A stretch of DNA of 64,000 nt from an uncultured Candidatus Rokubacteria bacterium (GTDB taxonomy: Bacteria; Methylomirabilota; Methylomirabilia; Rokubacteriales; DASRDR01): the NCBI GenBank assembly GCA_963826115.1, contig CAWGVS010000005.1, positions 1,184,001-1,248,000 of the forward strand, written 5' to 3'. The stretch's first letter is position 1, and every line of letters begins with the position of its first letter. Below are positions 45,615 to 54,692 of the stretch, in pieces. Position numbers and translations under genes: made by a program. The notes under the pieces are model-generated. The model searched no databases and had not been told where the DNA came from. It was given only the letters and a program-made list of their open reading frames with translations.

Positions 45615-47168
45615 ATGAGACGCCGAACCGTCTGGACCCTCGCCGCCGCCGTCCTGTCAGCGCTCGCCCTGGTCGCCGTCGTCTCGCGTGGCGTGGACGC
45701 GCAGGCGCCGAAGCGCGGGGGGGTGCTCACGCTCGCCCGCCAGGGAGAGGCCACCAACCTGGATCCCCACAAGGTGCCAGCCTTCACGAGCCATCGCGTG
45801 TTCGAGCTCGTCTACAGCACGCTCACGCGCCTCGGCCCGGACCTCCTCGTCCAGCCCGACCTGGCGGACAGCTGGACCATCTCGCCCGACGGCAAGCAGA
45901 TGACCTTCAAGCTGCGGGCGGCGAAGTTCCACAACGGCGACCCGGTCACGAGCTCCGACGTGAAGTTCACGCTCGAGCGAATCGTGAACCCGGACACCAA
46001 GGCGGTGGCGCGGGCCTTCTTCGGGGACATCGAGAAGATCGAGGCGCCCGATCCCCGGACGGTCGTCCTCCAGCTCAAGCAGCCCAACGTCGCGCTGCTC
46101 GTCTACCTGGCCCACCCGAACGCCAGCATCGTCTCGGCCAAGGTCACCCAGGCGGCCGGCGGTGACCTGTCGAAGAAGGAGCACGCGATCGGATCGGGCG
46201 CGTTCCGGCTGGCCGAGTGGGTCCCGGACAACTTCATGCGCTTCGAGGCGTTCAAGGAGTTCTACATCCCGGGGCAACCCTTCCTGGACGGCGTGCGGAT
46301 CAACATCGTGCCGGACGAGGCCGGTCTTGTCGCCGCGCTCCGCACGAAGGCCGCCGACGTGGCGCTGATCGCCGACGCGCGCGTCGCCCAGACGCTCGCT
46401 CGGGAGGCCGGCGTGACGGTGAGCGCCAAGCCGAGCCTCAACTACCACCTCCTGTTCCTCAACACGAAGCGGAAGCCGCTCGACAACCCGAAGGTGCGCC
46501 AGGCCATCGCGTACGCGATCGACCGGAAGCAGATCATCGACACGGTCGCCCTCGGAAACGGCGATCCCGCGGGCCCCCTCCCCCCGTCTCTCGCGCAGTA
46601 CGCGCTCCCCGTGGGCGACTTCCCGTCGTACCGCCGGGACGTCGGCCGGGCCCGACAGCTCCTCCAGGAGTCCGGCGCCGGTCCGGTGAGCCTCACGATC
46701 CTCACCCAGACGACCGAGCCCGTCTACGCGAAGGACATCGCCCAGATCGTCCAGCAGCAGCTCGGCGAGGCCGGCATCCAGGTGACCATCGAGCTCCTGG
46801 AGTTCGGCCAGTGGGTCCAGCGCTGGCTGAAGGCGGACTTCGACATGGCGCCCGGGCTGAACTCGGGGCAGCCCGACCCCGACTTCTACCTCTTCCGGTA
46901 CTTCACGAACGATGGCAACCTAAACTTCGTCCATTCCTACCAAAACGACGTGTCGAGCGACGCGATCAAGCAGGCCCGGACCATCGCCGATCCGGCGCGC
47001 CGGAAGGAGCTCTACGCGACCGCCCAGAAGGAGCTGGTGGGCGGGGTGCCGTTCGTCTGGCTCTACGTCGGCCGCGACTACGTCGGGCTCCTCCCGAGCA
47101 CGAAGGGCTTCGTCCACCTCCCGAACGGGTCGATCGCGTACCTGCGTCAGACGTGGCTGGATAAGTAG
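45615..47168 (+). CDS. ABC substrate-binding protein, family 5 (DppA-like)
   Basis: Signal peptide; PKRGGVL, KFHNGDP, IGSGAF, KVRQAIAYAIDR; GGAGGA RBS; upstream TTGACA at 45564. Confidence 0.92.
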   Translation: MRRRTVWTLAAAVLSALALVAVVSRGVDAQAPKRGGVLTLARQGEATNLDPHKVPAFTSHRVFELVYSTLTRLGPDLLVQPDLADSWTISPDGKQMTFKLRAAKFHNGDPVTSSDVKFTLERIVNPDTKAVARAFFGDIEKIEAPDPRTVVLQLKQPNVALLVYLAHPNASIVSAKVTQAAGGDLSKKEHAIGSGAFRLAEWVPDNFMRFEAFKEFYIPGQPFLDGVRINIVPDEAGLVAALRTKAADVALIADARVAQTLAREAGVTVSAKPSLNYHLLFLNTKRKPLDNPKVRQAIAYAIDRKQIIDTVALGNGDPAGPLPPSLAQYALPVGDFPSYRRDVGRARQLLQESGAGPVSLTILTQTTEPVYAKDIAQIVQQQLGEAGIQVTIELLEFGQWVQRWLKADFDMAPGLNSGQPDPDFYLFRYFTNDGNLNFVHSYQNDVSSDAIKQARTIADPARRKELYATAQKELVGGVPFVWLYVGRDYVGLLPSTKGFVHLPNGSIAYLRQTWLDK

Positions 47169-47171
47169 GCG

Positions 47172-47195
47172 CCGTCCCCGGACGCGCGGGGACGG
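47172..47195 (+). other. Perfect 9-bp stem-loop between SBP and permease
   Basis: CCGTCCCCG-N6-CGGGGACGG. Confidence 0.5.
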
Positions 47196-47204
47196 GGCGG
47201 ATCC

Positions 47205-48158
47205 GTGACGCGCTACTTGCTGCGCCGGCTCCTCGCGCTCGGGCCGACGCTGCTCGGCGTGTCGCTCTTGTCGTTCCTCTTCCTGCGGCTGGTCCCCGGA
47301 GACGCCATCGCCGTCCGTCTCGGCACCAGCACCGTGCTCACGCCGCAGCAGCTCGCGGAGTTCCGCGCCTACCTCGGCCTCGACCGGCCCCTCCCGCTCC
47401 AGTACCTCGGCTGGCTCGGCTCGCTCCTCCGCGGGGATGCCGGGTACTCCCTCCGTACGGGCCAGTCCGTCGTGACCGAGATCGCGAGCCGCCTGCCCGT
47501 GACCCTGGAGCTCGCCCTGGCCGCCGCCCTCGTGGCGCTCCTGATCGGGCTTCCGCTCGGTATCCTCTCGGCCCTCCGGCCGAACTCGGCGCTGGACCTC
47601 CTGGCGCGGAGTCTCGGTCTCCTCGGGCTCTCGCTCCCGAACTTCTGGCTGGGCACGCTGTTCGTGCTCCTCCTCGCGCGCTACCTCCGGTGGATGCCGA
47701 ACACGGGCGGGTACGTCGGCTTCGCCCAGGACCCGTGGGCAAACCTCCGGTTCCTCCTCTTCCCCGCCCTGACCCTCGGCGTCGCGATGGCGGCTGTCGT
47801 CATGCGGACGACGCGCTCGGCGATGCTGGACGTGCTCGGCGCGGACTACGTCCGGACGGCGCACGCGAAGGGCCTCTCCGCTGCCGCGGTGGTCGGCCAC
47901 CACGCGTTCCGGAACAGCCTGATCGTCGTGGTGACGATCCTCGGCGTCCAGGTGGGCTACCTCCTGAGCGGCGCCGTGGTCGTGGAGGAGATCTTCTCGG
48001 TGCCCGGCCTCGGCCGCATGCTGCTGACGGCCATCAACCAGCGGGACTACGCCCTGGTCCAGGGCACGGTGCTGGTCGTGGCCACGCTCTTCGTCACGGC
48101 CAACACGCTCGTCGACGTCCTCTATGGCTGGCTCGATCCCCGGATCCGGCTCGGCTGA
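47205..48158 (+). CDS. ABC permease (DppB)
   Basis: LVPGD, DYVRTAHAKGL, EEIFSVPGLG, LDPRIR. Confidence 0.92.
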   Translation: MTRYLLRRLLALGPTLLGVSLLSFLFLRLVPGDAIAVRLGTSTVLTPQQLAEFRAYLGLDRPLPLQYLGWLGSLLRGDAGYSLRTGQSVVTEIASRLPVTLELALAAALVALLIGLPLGILSALRPNSALDLLARSLGLLGLSLPNFWLGTLFVLLLARYLRWMPNTGGYVGFAQDPWANLRFLLFPALTLGVAMAAVVMRTTRSAMLDVLGADYVRTAHAKGLSAAAVVGHHAFRNSLIVVVTILGVQVGYLLSGAVVVEEIFSVPGLGRMLLTAINQRDYALVQGTVLVVATLFVTANTLVDVLYGWLDPRIRLG

Positions 48159-48165
48159 GGCGCCC

Positions 48166-49044
48166 GTGGTCAGCGTCCCCCGGCGGGCTCGGACGGCGCT
48201 CCCGGCCGGGCCGCTCGCGCGCGTGGCGGTCGCGCTCGTGCGGAACCGCGCCGCCCTGGCGGGCCTCCTCATCGTGGGCACGCTCGTCGTCGCCGGCCTG
48301 GCGGCGGACCGGCTGCCCCTGCCGAGCCCTCTCCGCATGGTGCCGCAGGACCGGATGGCCGGCCCGAGCTGGGCATTGCCGCTCGGCGCGGACGTCTTCG
48401 GCCGGAATCTCCTGGCGCGGCTCATCCACGGCGCGCGGCTGTCCCTCGAGGTCGCCTTCGCGTCGGTCCTGGCGGCGGTCGTCGCCGGCTCCGCGCTCGG
48501 GCTCCTCGCAGGCTACGCGGGCGGCCGCGTCGACCAGGTCCTGATGCGCGTGATGGACGTGTTCTTCTCGTTCCCCGCCGTGCTCCTCGCGCTTGGCATC
48601 GTGGCCGCGCTCGGCCCCCACCCGTCCAACGTGATCCTCGCGATCGCGGTCGTGTACACGCCGATCTTCGCGCGCGTCGTCCGGGGGCCGGTGCTCGCCC
48701 TCAAGGAGCGCGAGTTCGTCGAGGCGAGCCGCGCCCTCGGCGCCCCGGCCGGGCGCATCGTCGGCCGCCACATCCTTCCGAACCTCGGCTCGGTGCTCGT
48801 GGTCCAGACGAGCATCGCGCTCTCGTGGGCGGTGCTCACCGAGGCGTCGCTGTCGTTCCTCGGCCTCTCCGCACAGCCGCCGACCCCGTCGTGGGGGGCG
48901 ATGCTGAACGAAGGCCGGCAGAACCTCGAGCTCGCCCCCCATCTCGCCGTGTTCCCCGGGCTCGCCATCATGCTGGCGGTGCTCGGATTCAACCTCCTGG
49001 GTGACGGCCTGCGCGACGCCCTCGATCCCCGCCAGCGCCCATGA
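48166..49044 (+). CDS. ABC permease (DppC)
   Basis: LGADVFGR, EFVEASRALGA, LGDGLRDALDP. Confidence 0.92.
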   Translation: MVSVPRRARTALPAGPLARVAVALVRNRAALAGLLIVGTLVVAGLAADRLPLPSPLRMVPQDRMAGPSWALPLGADVFGRNLLARLIHGARLSLEVAFASVLAAVVAGSALGLLAGYAGGRVDQVLMRVMDVFFSFPAVLLALGIVAALGPHPSNVILAIAVVYTPIFARVVRGPVLALKEREFVEASRALGAPAGRIVGRHILPNLGSVLVVQTSIALSWAVLTEASLSFLGLSAQPPTPSWGAMLNEGRQNLELAPHLAVFPGLAIMLAVLGFNLLGDGLRDALDPRQRP

Positions 49045-49580
49045 CGCCGCGCGCCCGCCGCCGGAGTGTCTCCCCCCAGCCCCGGCGCGCGCCGCTCCGC
49101 ATCCGGCCCGCGCGGCGCGGCGACCTCCTCGCGCTCGCGTCCGCGATGGCGGCGTCGCCGCTGCTCCGGCGCTACGGCACTACCAGGCCCGCGGCGCTCC
49201 GTGCCCTCGTCCGGGGACGGGCGTCGGGCGACCGCCTGCTCGTCGCCACCGAGACCGGAGGCGACCTCGTGGGGTTCGCGTGGGTCCTCCCGAGTCGCAT
49301 CCTCACCGGCGCGGCGTACCTCCGGCTCCTCCTGGTCGCCGAGACGCGCCAGCGGGCGGGCGCCGGCGCGCGGCTCCTCGCCGCGGCCGAGGCAGCCGCG
49401 CAGGCGGTGGCGAATCACCTGGTCCTTCTCGCGAGCACGGACAATGCCGGGGCCCGGCGCTTCTACGCGCGCCACGGCTACCGTCACGTCGGCGATCTCC
49501 ACGGGCTCGCGCGGCCCCGGCTCGACGAGGCGCTCTACTGGAAGACCCTTCGCCCGCACGGCCGGCGGCTGCCGGTCTGA
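49041..49580 (+). CDS. GNAT N-acetyltransferase
   Basis: ATGA overlap; RQRAGAGARLL acetyl-CoA motif, N..A.RFY..HGY. Confidence 0.85.
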   Translation: MTPRARRRSVSPQPRRAPLRIRPARRGDLLALASAMAASPLLRRYGTTRPAALRALVRGRASGDRLLVATETGGDLVGFAWVLPSRILTGAAYLRLLLVAETRQRAGAGARLLAAAEAAAQAVANHLVLLASTDNAGARRFYARHGYRHVGDLHGLARPRLDEALYWKTLRPHGRRLPV

Positions 49581-49604
49581 CGGGGCGAACAGCGAGCGCT
49601 CGGA

Positions 49605-49633
49605 TTGACTCCCGCCGAGCGGGAGCGGAGAAT
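49605..49633 (+). promoter_or_regulatory. Putative internal sigma70 promoter before the racemase gene
   Basis: TTGACT-N17-GAGAAT; the spacer contains the inverted repeat CTCCCGC/GCGGGAG. Confidence 0.4.
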
Positions 49634-49645
49634 TCGGACACGTCA

Positions 49646-50386
49646 ATGACGACGACCGGCCGGGTACGCGGCGGCTTCAACCAGTTCGGGTTCACGGTCG
49701 GCATCCTGATGCTCGACACGCGGTTCCCACGGATCCCCGGCGACATGGGCCACGCGGGCACGTTCCCGTTCCCGGTGCGCTACCACCGCGTGAGCGGCGC
49801 CTCCCCGGACCTCGTCGTCCGGAAGGGAGCCCAGGGCCTCCTCCCGGCCTTCGTCGAGGGCGCGCGGCAGCTCGAGCGGGAAGGCGTGGGCGCGGTCACC
49901 ACGAACTGCGGCTTCCTCGTGAAGTACCAGGCCGAGCTCGCCGCGTCCGTCCGCATCCCCGTCCTGACGTCGAGTCTCCTCATGGTGCCCCTCGTCCACC
50001 GGATGCTCCCGCCCGGCCGTCGGGTCGGGATCCTCACGGTCAACGCCCCCGGGCTCGGCGACGAGCACCTCCGGGGCGCGGGCATCGGTCCCGAAATTCC
50101 CCTCGCCGTGGCGGGCCTCGAGAGCGAGAAGGAGTTCACGCGCGTGCTGCTGGGCGACGAGCTCGAACTCGACGTCGACCTGGCGCGCGAGGAGCACATC
50201 CGGGTAGCGCGAAGGCTGATCGCCGATCACCCGGACGTGGGCGCCATCGTCCTCGAGTGCACGAACATGCCGCCCTATGCGGCGGACGTCCAGCGCGCGA
50301 CCGGCCTCCCGGTGTTCGACATCGTCTCGCTGGTCACGCTCGTCCACGGCGCGCTCGCGGCGGGGCTCCCGCCCCGGCCGGCCTGA
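49646..50386 (+). CDS. Aspartate/glutamate/hydantoin racemase family protein
   Basis: GILMLDTRFPRIPGD, TNCGF and LECTNM two-Cys motifs. Confidence 0.88.
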   Translation: MTTTGRVRGGFNQFGFTVGILMLDTRFPRIPGDMGHAGTFPFPVRYHRVSGASPDLVVRKGAQGLLPAFVEGARQLEREGVGAVTTNCGFLVKYQAELAASVRIPVLTSSLLMVPLVHRMLPPGRRVGILTVNAPGLGDEHLRGAGIGPEIPLAVAGLESEKEFTRVLLGDELELDVDLAREEHIRVARRLIADHPDVGAIVLECTNMPPYAADVQRATGLPVFDIVSLVTLVHGALAAGLPPRPA

Positions 50387-50494
50387 CGACCGGCGCCGGC
50401 GCCGCTCACCGGTGAGCGCCCCGCGGGCGAGTCTCGCGTGCGGCCGGCGCCCCCTCCACCCGACCGCGCCACGCGCGTGACGGGCTGAACGCCC

Positions 50495-51709
50495 GTGCTC
50501 GAGCCGCTCCGCGACGAACGCTACCGGCTCCTCTGGCTGACCGGGCTCTGCGCCAGCACGGCCCGCTGGATGGACCTGGTCGTCCTGGGCTGGCTGGCGC
50601 TCGCCTTCACCGACTCGCCGCTCCTGGTCGGCGTGGCGGCCTTCTGCCGCGCCGCGCCCATGATGGCCTTCGGCCCCTTCGCCGGCGTCCTGGCCGACCG
50701 GCTCCCGCGGGTGCGGGTCATGCTCGCGGTGCAGGCGCTGAACGTCGCCGCCTCGTCGCTCCTCGGGCTCCTGTTCGCCTTCGAGCTGGCGGGATTCGGC
50801 GTCCTGGTCGCGATCCAGGTCATCCTCGGCGTGGCCTGGGTCCTCGACTTTCCGTCGCGCCGCACCGTGCTCTTCGTGGTCGCCGGCCGCGAGCGCCTGA
50901 CCGCCGCGGTCTCGCTCGAGACCATGTCGATGCAGGCCGCCAAGATGGTCGGGCCCTTGGTGGGAGGCGTCCTCCTCGCGCGGATCGGCCCGGCCGCGTG
51001 CTACTTCGTGTTCGCCATCCTGTCGCTCGGCGCCTTCTACACGACCCACCGTCTCGGGCGGCGGATCTCGCTCCCGGGCACCCCGGGCGTGGAACCGGTC
51101 CTGGAGAGCCTTCGCGACGGCCTCCGCGAGGCCCGCGGCCACCCGGCCGTCCTCGGCGTCCTCGCGATCACCGTCCTCATGAACTCACTCGTGTTTCCCT
51201 ACCAGCAGATGCTCCCGGTCTTCGCCCGCGACGTGCTCCACGTGGGACCGGTCCCGCTCGGACTCCTCGTGACCGCCCAGGGGCTGGGCGCCCTGATCTC
51301 CTCGGCGTTCATCGGCGCCCGGGGCGGCGTCGTGGGCCACCGCCGGCTCTTCGTGGGCAGCTCGCTCACCGGCGCGGCGCTCCTCCTCGCCTTCGCGGCG
51401 TCCCCGTGGTACGCCCTGTCGTTCGCGCTCCAGCTCGCCATCGGCGCCACCGATTCGGGCTTCGGCACGATGCAGAGCGCGATCGTCCTCCTCACCGCGC
51501 CGGAACGGGCACACGGCCGCGTCATGGGCATCCTGTCGGCGTGCATCGGCACCCAGCCGCTCGGAAGCGTGTGGATCGGGTTCCTCGCGAGCCGCGTGGG
51601 CGCGCCGCTCGCGACGGGTCTGAACGCGGCTCTGGCGGTCATCATCATGATCCCGGTGGGGCTCCGCCTCCTCGGGCTCGGCGTGGTGGACCGGCGACGC
51701 CCCGCCTGA
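50495..51709 (+). CDS. MFS transporter (EntS/H+ antiporter-like)
   Basis: About 12 TM segments; GVLADRLPR, GRVMG. Confidence 0.88.
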   Translation: MLEPLRDERYRLLWLTGLCASTARWMDLVVLGWLALAFTDSPLLVGVAAFCRAAPMMAFGPFAGVLADRLPRVRVMLAVQALNVAASSLLGLLFAFELAGFGVLVAIQVILGVAWVLDFPSRRTVLFVVAGRERLTAAVSLETMSMQAAKMVGPLVGGVLLARIGPAACYFVFAILSLGAFYTTHRLGRRISLPGTPGVEPVLESLRDGLREARGHPAVLGVLAITVLMNSLVFPYQQMLPVFARDVLHVGPVPLGLLVTAQGLGALISSAFIGARGGVVGHRRLFVGSSLTGAALLLAFAASPWYALSFALQLAIGATDSGFGTMQSAIVLLTAPERAHGRVMGILSACIGTQPLGSVWIGFLASRVGAPLATGLNAALAVIIMIPVGLRLLGLGVVDRRRPA

Positions 51710-51873
51710 GCCGATCTCCAGAAACTCCAGGCGGCCCGGCCGATTGTGACAGCGCCCCTGGACCGTGGCACTCTTGCCCAAGGCGGCAGGAAGGCGAGGA
51801 CCCGCAGGACCATGAGGACCCGCCCACGGACACCCGAACGGTCCGCCAGGTCCGTTCGAGGCTGGAGGTGACC

Positions 51874-53040
51874 ATGCGCCCCTCTCGCTCGATCCCCGGC
51901 CGGCCTGCCCAGCCCAGGGCGACCGGGCTCTGCGTGCTCCTCCTCGCGGGCTTGCTCGCGGCCTGCAGCGCCGTCCGCACGGCGGGAGCTCAGTGCGACG
52001 AGCCCATTCCCGAGATCTTCTCGCGCGCGTCGCCCGCCGTGGTGTCCATCGCCGCCACGTCCATCAATCCCTATCGGCTCGCCGACCGGGTGCGCCACGT
52101 GGCCGGCTCGGGCTTCTTCATCGACGCGGCGGGGCTGGTCCTCACCAACGCCCATGTCGTGTACAACCGCCAGTCGATCCGGGTGACGCTCGACGACGGC
52201 ACCGACGTGGCGGCCGAGCTCGTCGGCGCCGATCCGATCTTCGACGTCGCGGTGGTGCGGATCCCGAAACCGTCGAATGGGACCTTGCCGACCATCGCGC
52301 TCGGGGACTCGGATCGCGTCCGGGTCGGGGAAGACGTCGTCGCCATCGGGAACCCGCTCGGGCTCGACCAGTCCCTGACGCGCGGGGTCGTGTCCGCGAT
52401 CAACCGCATCCTGCCCGAGACGCCCCTGTCGCTGTTCGAGCCCCTGATCCAGACCGACACCCCCATCAACCCCGGGAACTCCGGCGGGCCTCTCCTGAAC
52501 CGATGCGGGGAGGTGGTCGGCATCACCACGTCCCTGCTCGCGGACGCTCAGAGCATCAGCTTCGCCGTTCCGATCAACCTCGCCAAGGCGGTTCTCCCCT
52601 CCCTCCTGGAGCGAGGCCGGGTCGTGCGCCCCTGGATCGGCTTCCACGGCCAGCTGGTCGATGACGCGGTCCGGGACCTCTTGCGGATCCCCCTCGTGGA
52701 GGGCCTGCTGGTCGAGGTCATCGAGCCCGGCAGCCCCGCGGAGCGGGCGGGCCTCCGCGGAGGCCAGCTCGAGATCGCCATCAGCGGCCGGGAGTTCCTC
52801 TTCGGAGGGGACATCGTCACGACGATGAACGGGACACGACTGACCACCGAGGAGCGCCTCCTGGAAGCCATGCGCGCGGCGGCGGTCGGTGACACGCTGC
52901 GACTCACCGTGTACCGGCGGGGGGAGTACATGGACCTCGAGTACGTGCTCCCCGAGCGGCCGCTCCTCCCCGGCGACCTGCCCGGGCAGTCGACGCTCGT
53001 CCCCTCCGGCGCGCATCGGCGCCGCCCGGTACGCCCGTAG
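51874..53040 (+). CDS. HtrA/DegP-family serine protease with PDZ domain (lipoprotein-like signal)
   Basis: LLAAC; catalytic triad TNAHV, DVAV, GNSGG; PDZ GSPAERAGL...GDIV. Confidence 0.9.
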   Translation: MRPSRSIPGRPAQPRATGLCVLLLAGLLAACSAVRTAGAQCDEPIPEIFSRASPAVVSIAATSINPYRLADRVRHVAGSGFFIDAAGLVLTNAHVVYNRQSIRVTLDDGTDVAAELVGADPIFDVAVVRIPKPSNGTLPTIALGDSDRVRVGEDVVAIGNPLGLDQSLTRGVVSAINRILPETPLSLFEPLIQTDTPINPGNSGGPLLNRCGEVVGITTSLLADAQSISFAVPINLAKAVLPSLLERGRVVRPWIGFHGQLVDDAVRDLLRIPLVEGLLVEVIEPGSPAERAGLRGGQLEIAISGREFLFGGDIVTTMNGTRLTTEERLLEAMRAAAVGDTLRLTVYRRGEYMDLEYVLPERPLLPGDLPGQSTLVPSGAHRRRPVRP

Positions 53041-53080
53041 CGCCCTCCGTGACGGTCGCTCGAGCTCCCGGGCGGCGCGG

Positions 53081-54637
53081 GTGGTGACCGTGCACCCGGC
53101 GCCGCCGCCCGCGCGGGGCGAATCCCGCCGGGCGTGGATCCTGGAGCCCCGCGGGACCCTCGCCCTTCTGGTCGCGTGGGCCGGATTCCACACGCTCCTC
53201 CGGCTCCTGCTCTCCTCCGCCTTGACCGCCGACGACGCGCGTGAGGCCACGCTCGCGCAGACTCTCCAGTGGGGTTACCAGGCCCGCCAGCCGCCGCTTT
53301 ACAACTGGCTCGCGTGGGCGGCCTCCCGTGTCCTGGGCCCCGGGCTCCTGCCGCTCACGCTGCTCAAGTACGCCCTGCTGGTCGTCGCGTTCTGGCTCGT
53401 GTACCTGACGGCCCGCCGCGTGGTCACCGACCCGCGGCTCGCCACCCTCGGCGCCTTCTCGTTCCTCCTGATCCTCCCCCTGGCCTGGACGGTCCACGAG
53501 GCGCTGACCCACAGCGTCGCCGTGCTGGCGGCGTGCGCCGGGACGGTCTATGTCCTGATGCGCCTCGACGAGCGGCCGACGGTGGGCGCCTACGTCCTGC
53601 TGGGCGTCGTGGTCGGGCTCGGCTTCCTGTCGAAGTTCACCTACGGGCTCTTCCTCGCCGCGCTGGTCCTCGCTGCGCTCTCGATCGACCGGTACCGCCG
53701 GCGCCTCCTGACCCCGACGGTCCTGGTCGCGGTGCTGGTCGCGGGCATCCTCGTGGTCCCGTTCGCGGTGTGGTTCGTCCAGGCGGGCCACGACCTCGGC
53801 CGTCTCTACGCGCGCGAGGTCCGGATCGAGGACGGGGACGCGTGGGCCGGCGAGGCGCGCTCTGGCCTCATCTACATCGCCCGCGTCGCGGCGCTCTACC
53901 TCCTGCCCGCGGGCGCGGCGCTCGCCGTCTGCTTCCCGGGCATCCACCGGCGCCTGTCGCCGAACGCGACGCGCGATTCGCCCGGCGGGCGGCTCCTCGG
54001 GCGGCTCCTCGCCTGGATGCTCGCCATCCTGCTGGCGGCGGCGCTGGCCGGCGGCCTCGGCTTTCTGAAGGCGCGATGGCTCATCCCGGCGTTCTTCCTG
54101 GCGCCGCTCTACGGACTCTGGCGGGTCGAGCGCCAGGGCGGACCCGCTTCCCGGCTCGCGGTCTTCGCGATCCTGCTCGTCGCGATCGAGGCCGTCGTCA
54201 TCGGGGGCCTGACGGTCCGCGTCGTCGGCGCGAGCCTGTTCCGCCAGCCGTACCGGATGAACGAGCCGTACGACGCGGTCGCGGCCGGACTCGTCCGGGC
54301 GGGCTTCACGCGCGGGACGATCGTCGCGGGATTCGGCACGCTGGCTGGCAACCTCGCCATCCGGTTCCCGGACTCCCGGACCCTCCACACCGAGTACCCG
54401 GCCTTCGTGCCGCCCCCGGGACGTCCGGGCCAGTGCCTCCTCGTCTGGGACCGTCACCGCCGGGCCGACCCGGACGGCGCCCCGCAGGACGTCCGGGCCC
54501 TCGCCGCGACCCTGGGCGTGGCCCTCGACGGCTCGGAGCCGATCGGGGTGGTGGAAGCCCCATTCCACTTCAACCCGCACCGCATCCGCCGGGTGAGCTA
54601 CGTCCTCTTCCCCGACGGGGCCGGGCGCTGCCGCTGA
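53081..54637 (+). CDS. Glycosyltransferase family 39/83 (ArnT/PMT-like) membrane protein; start uncertain
   Basis: DDA, WGY..QPPLY.W, LSKF, multiple TM segments. Confidence 0.8.
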   Translation: MVTVHPAPPPARGESRRAWILEPRGTLALLVAWAGFHTLLRLLLSSALTADDAREATLAQTLQWGYQARQPPLYNWLAWAASRVLGPGLLPLTLLKYALLVVAFWLVYLTARRVVTDPRLATLGAFSFLLILPLAWTVHEALTHSVAVLAACAGTVYVLMRLDERPTVGAYVLLGVVVGLGFLSKFTYGLFLAALVLAALSIDRYRRRLLTPTVLVAVLVAGILVVPFAVWFVQAGHDLGRLYAREVRIEDGDAWAGEARSGLIYIARVAALYLLPAGAALAVCFPGIHRRLSPNATRDSPGGRLLGRLLAWMLAILLAAALAGGLGFLKARWLIPAFFLAPLYGLWRVERQGGPASRLAVFAILLVAIEAVVIGGLTVRVVGASLFRQPYRMNEPYDAVAAGLVRAGFTRGTIVAGFGTLAGNLAIRFPDSRTLHTEYPAFVPPPGRPGQCLLVWDRHRRADPDGAPQDVRALAATLGVALDGSEPIGVVEAPFHFNPHRIRRVSYVLFPDGAGRCR

Positions 54638-54656
54638 CGCCGCGTCCGGGCGGCGC

Positions 54657-54685
54657 TTGCGCGAGCCGCCATCCTCCGTGACAAT
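54657..54685 (+). promoter_or_regulatory. Putative leaderless promoter of dusB
   Basis: TTGCGC-N17-GACAAT, 7 nt before ATG. Confidence 0.45.
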
Positions 54686-54692
54686 CGACGCG

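Noticed and set aside
51796-51823. Direct repeat GAGGACCCGC x2 upstream of the HtrA gene
   Set aside because: Only two 10-bp copies in GC-rich DNA; not an array and too weak to call an operator.
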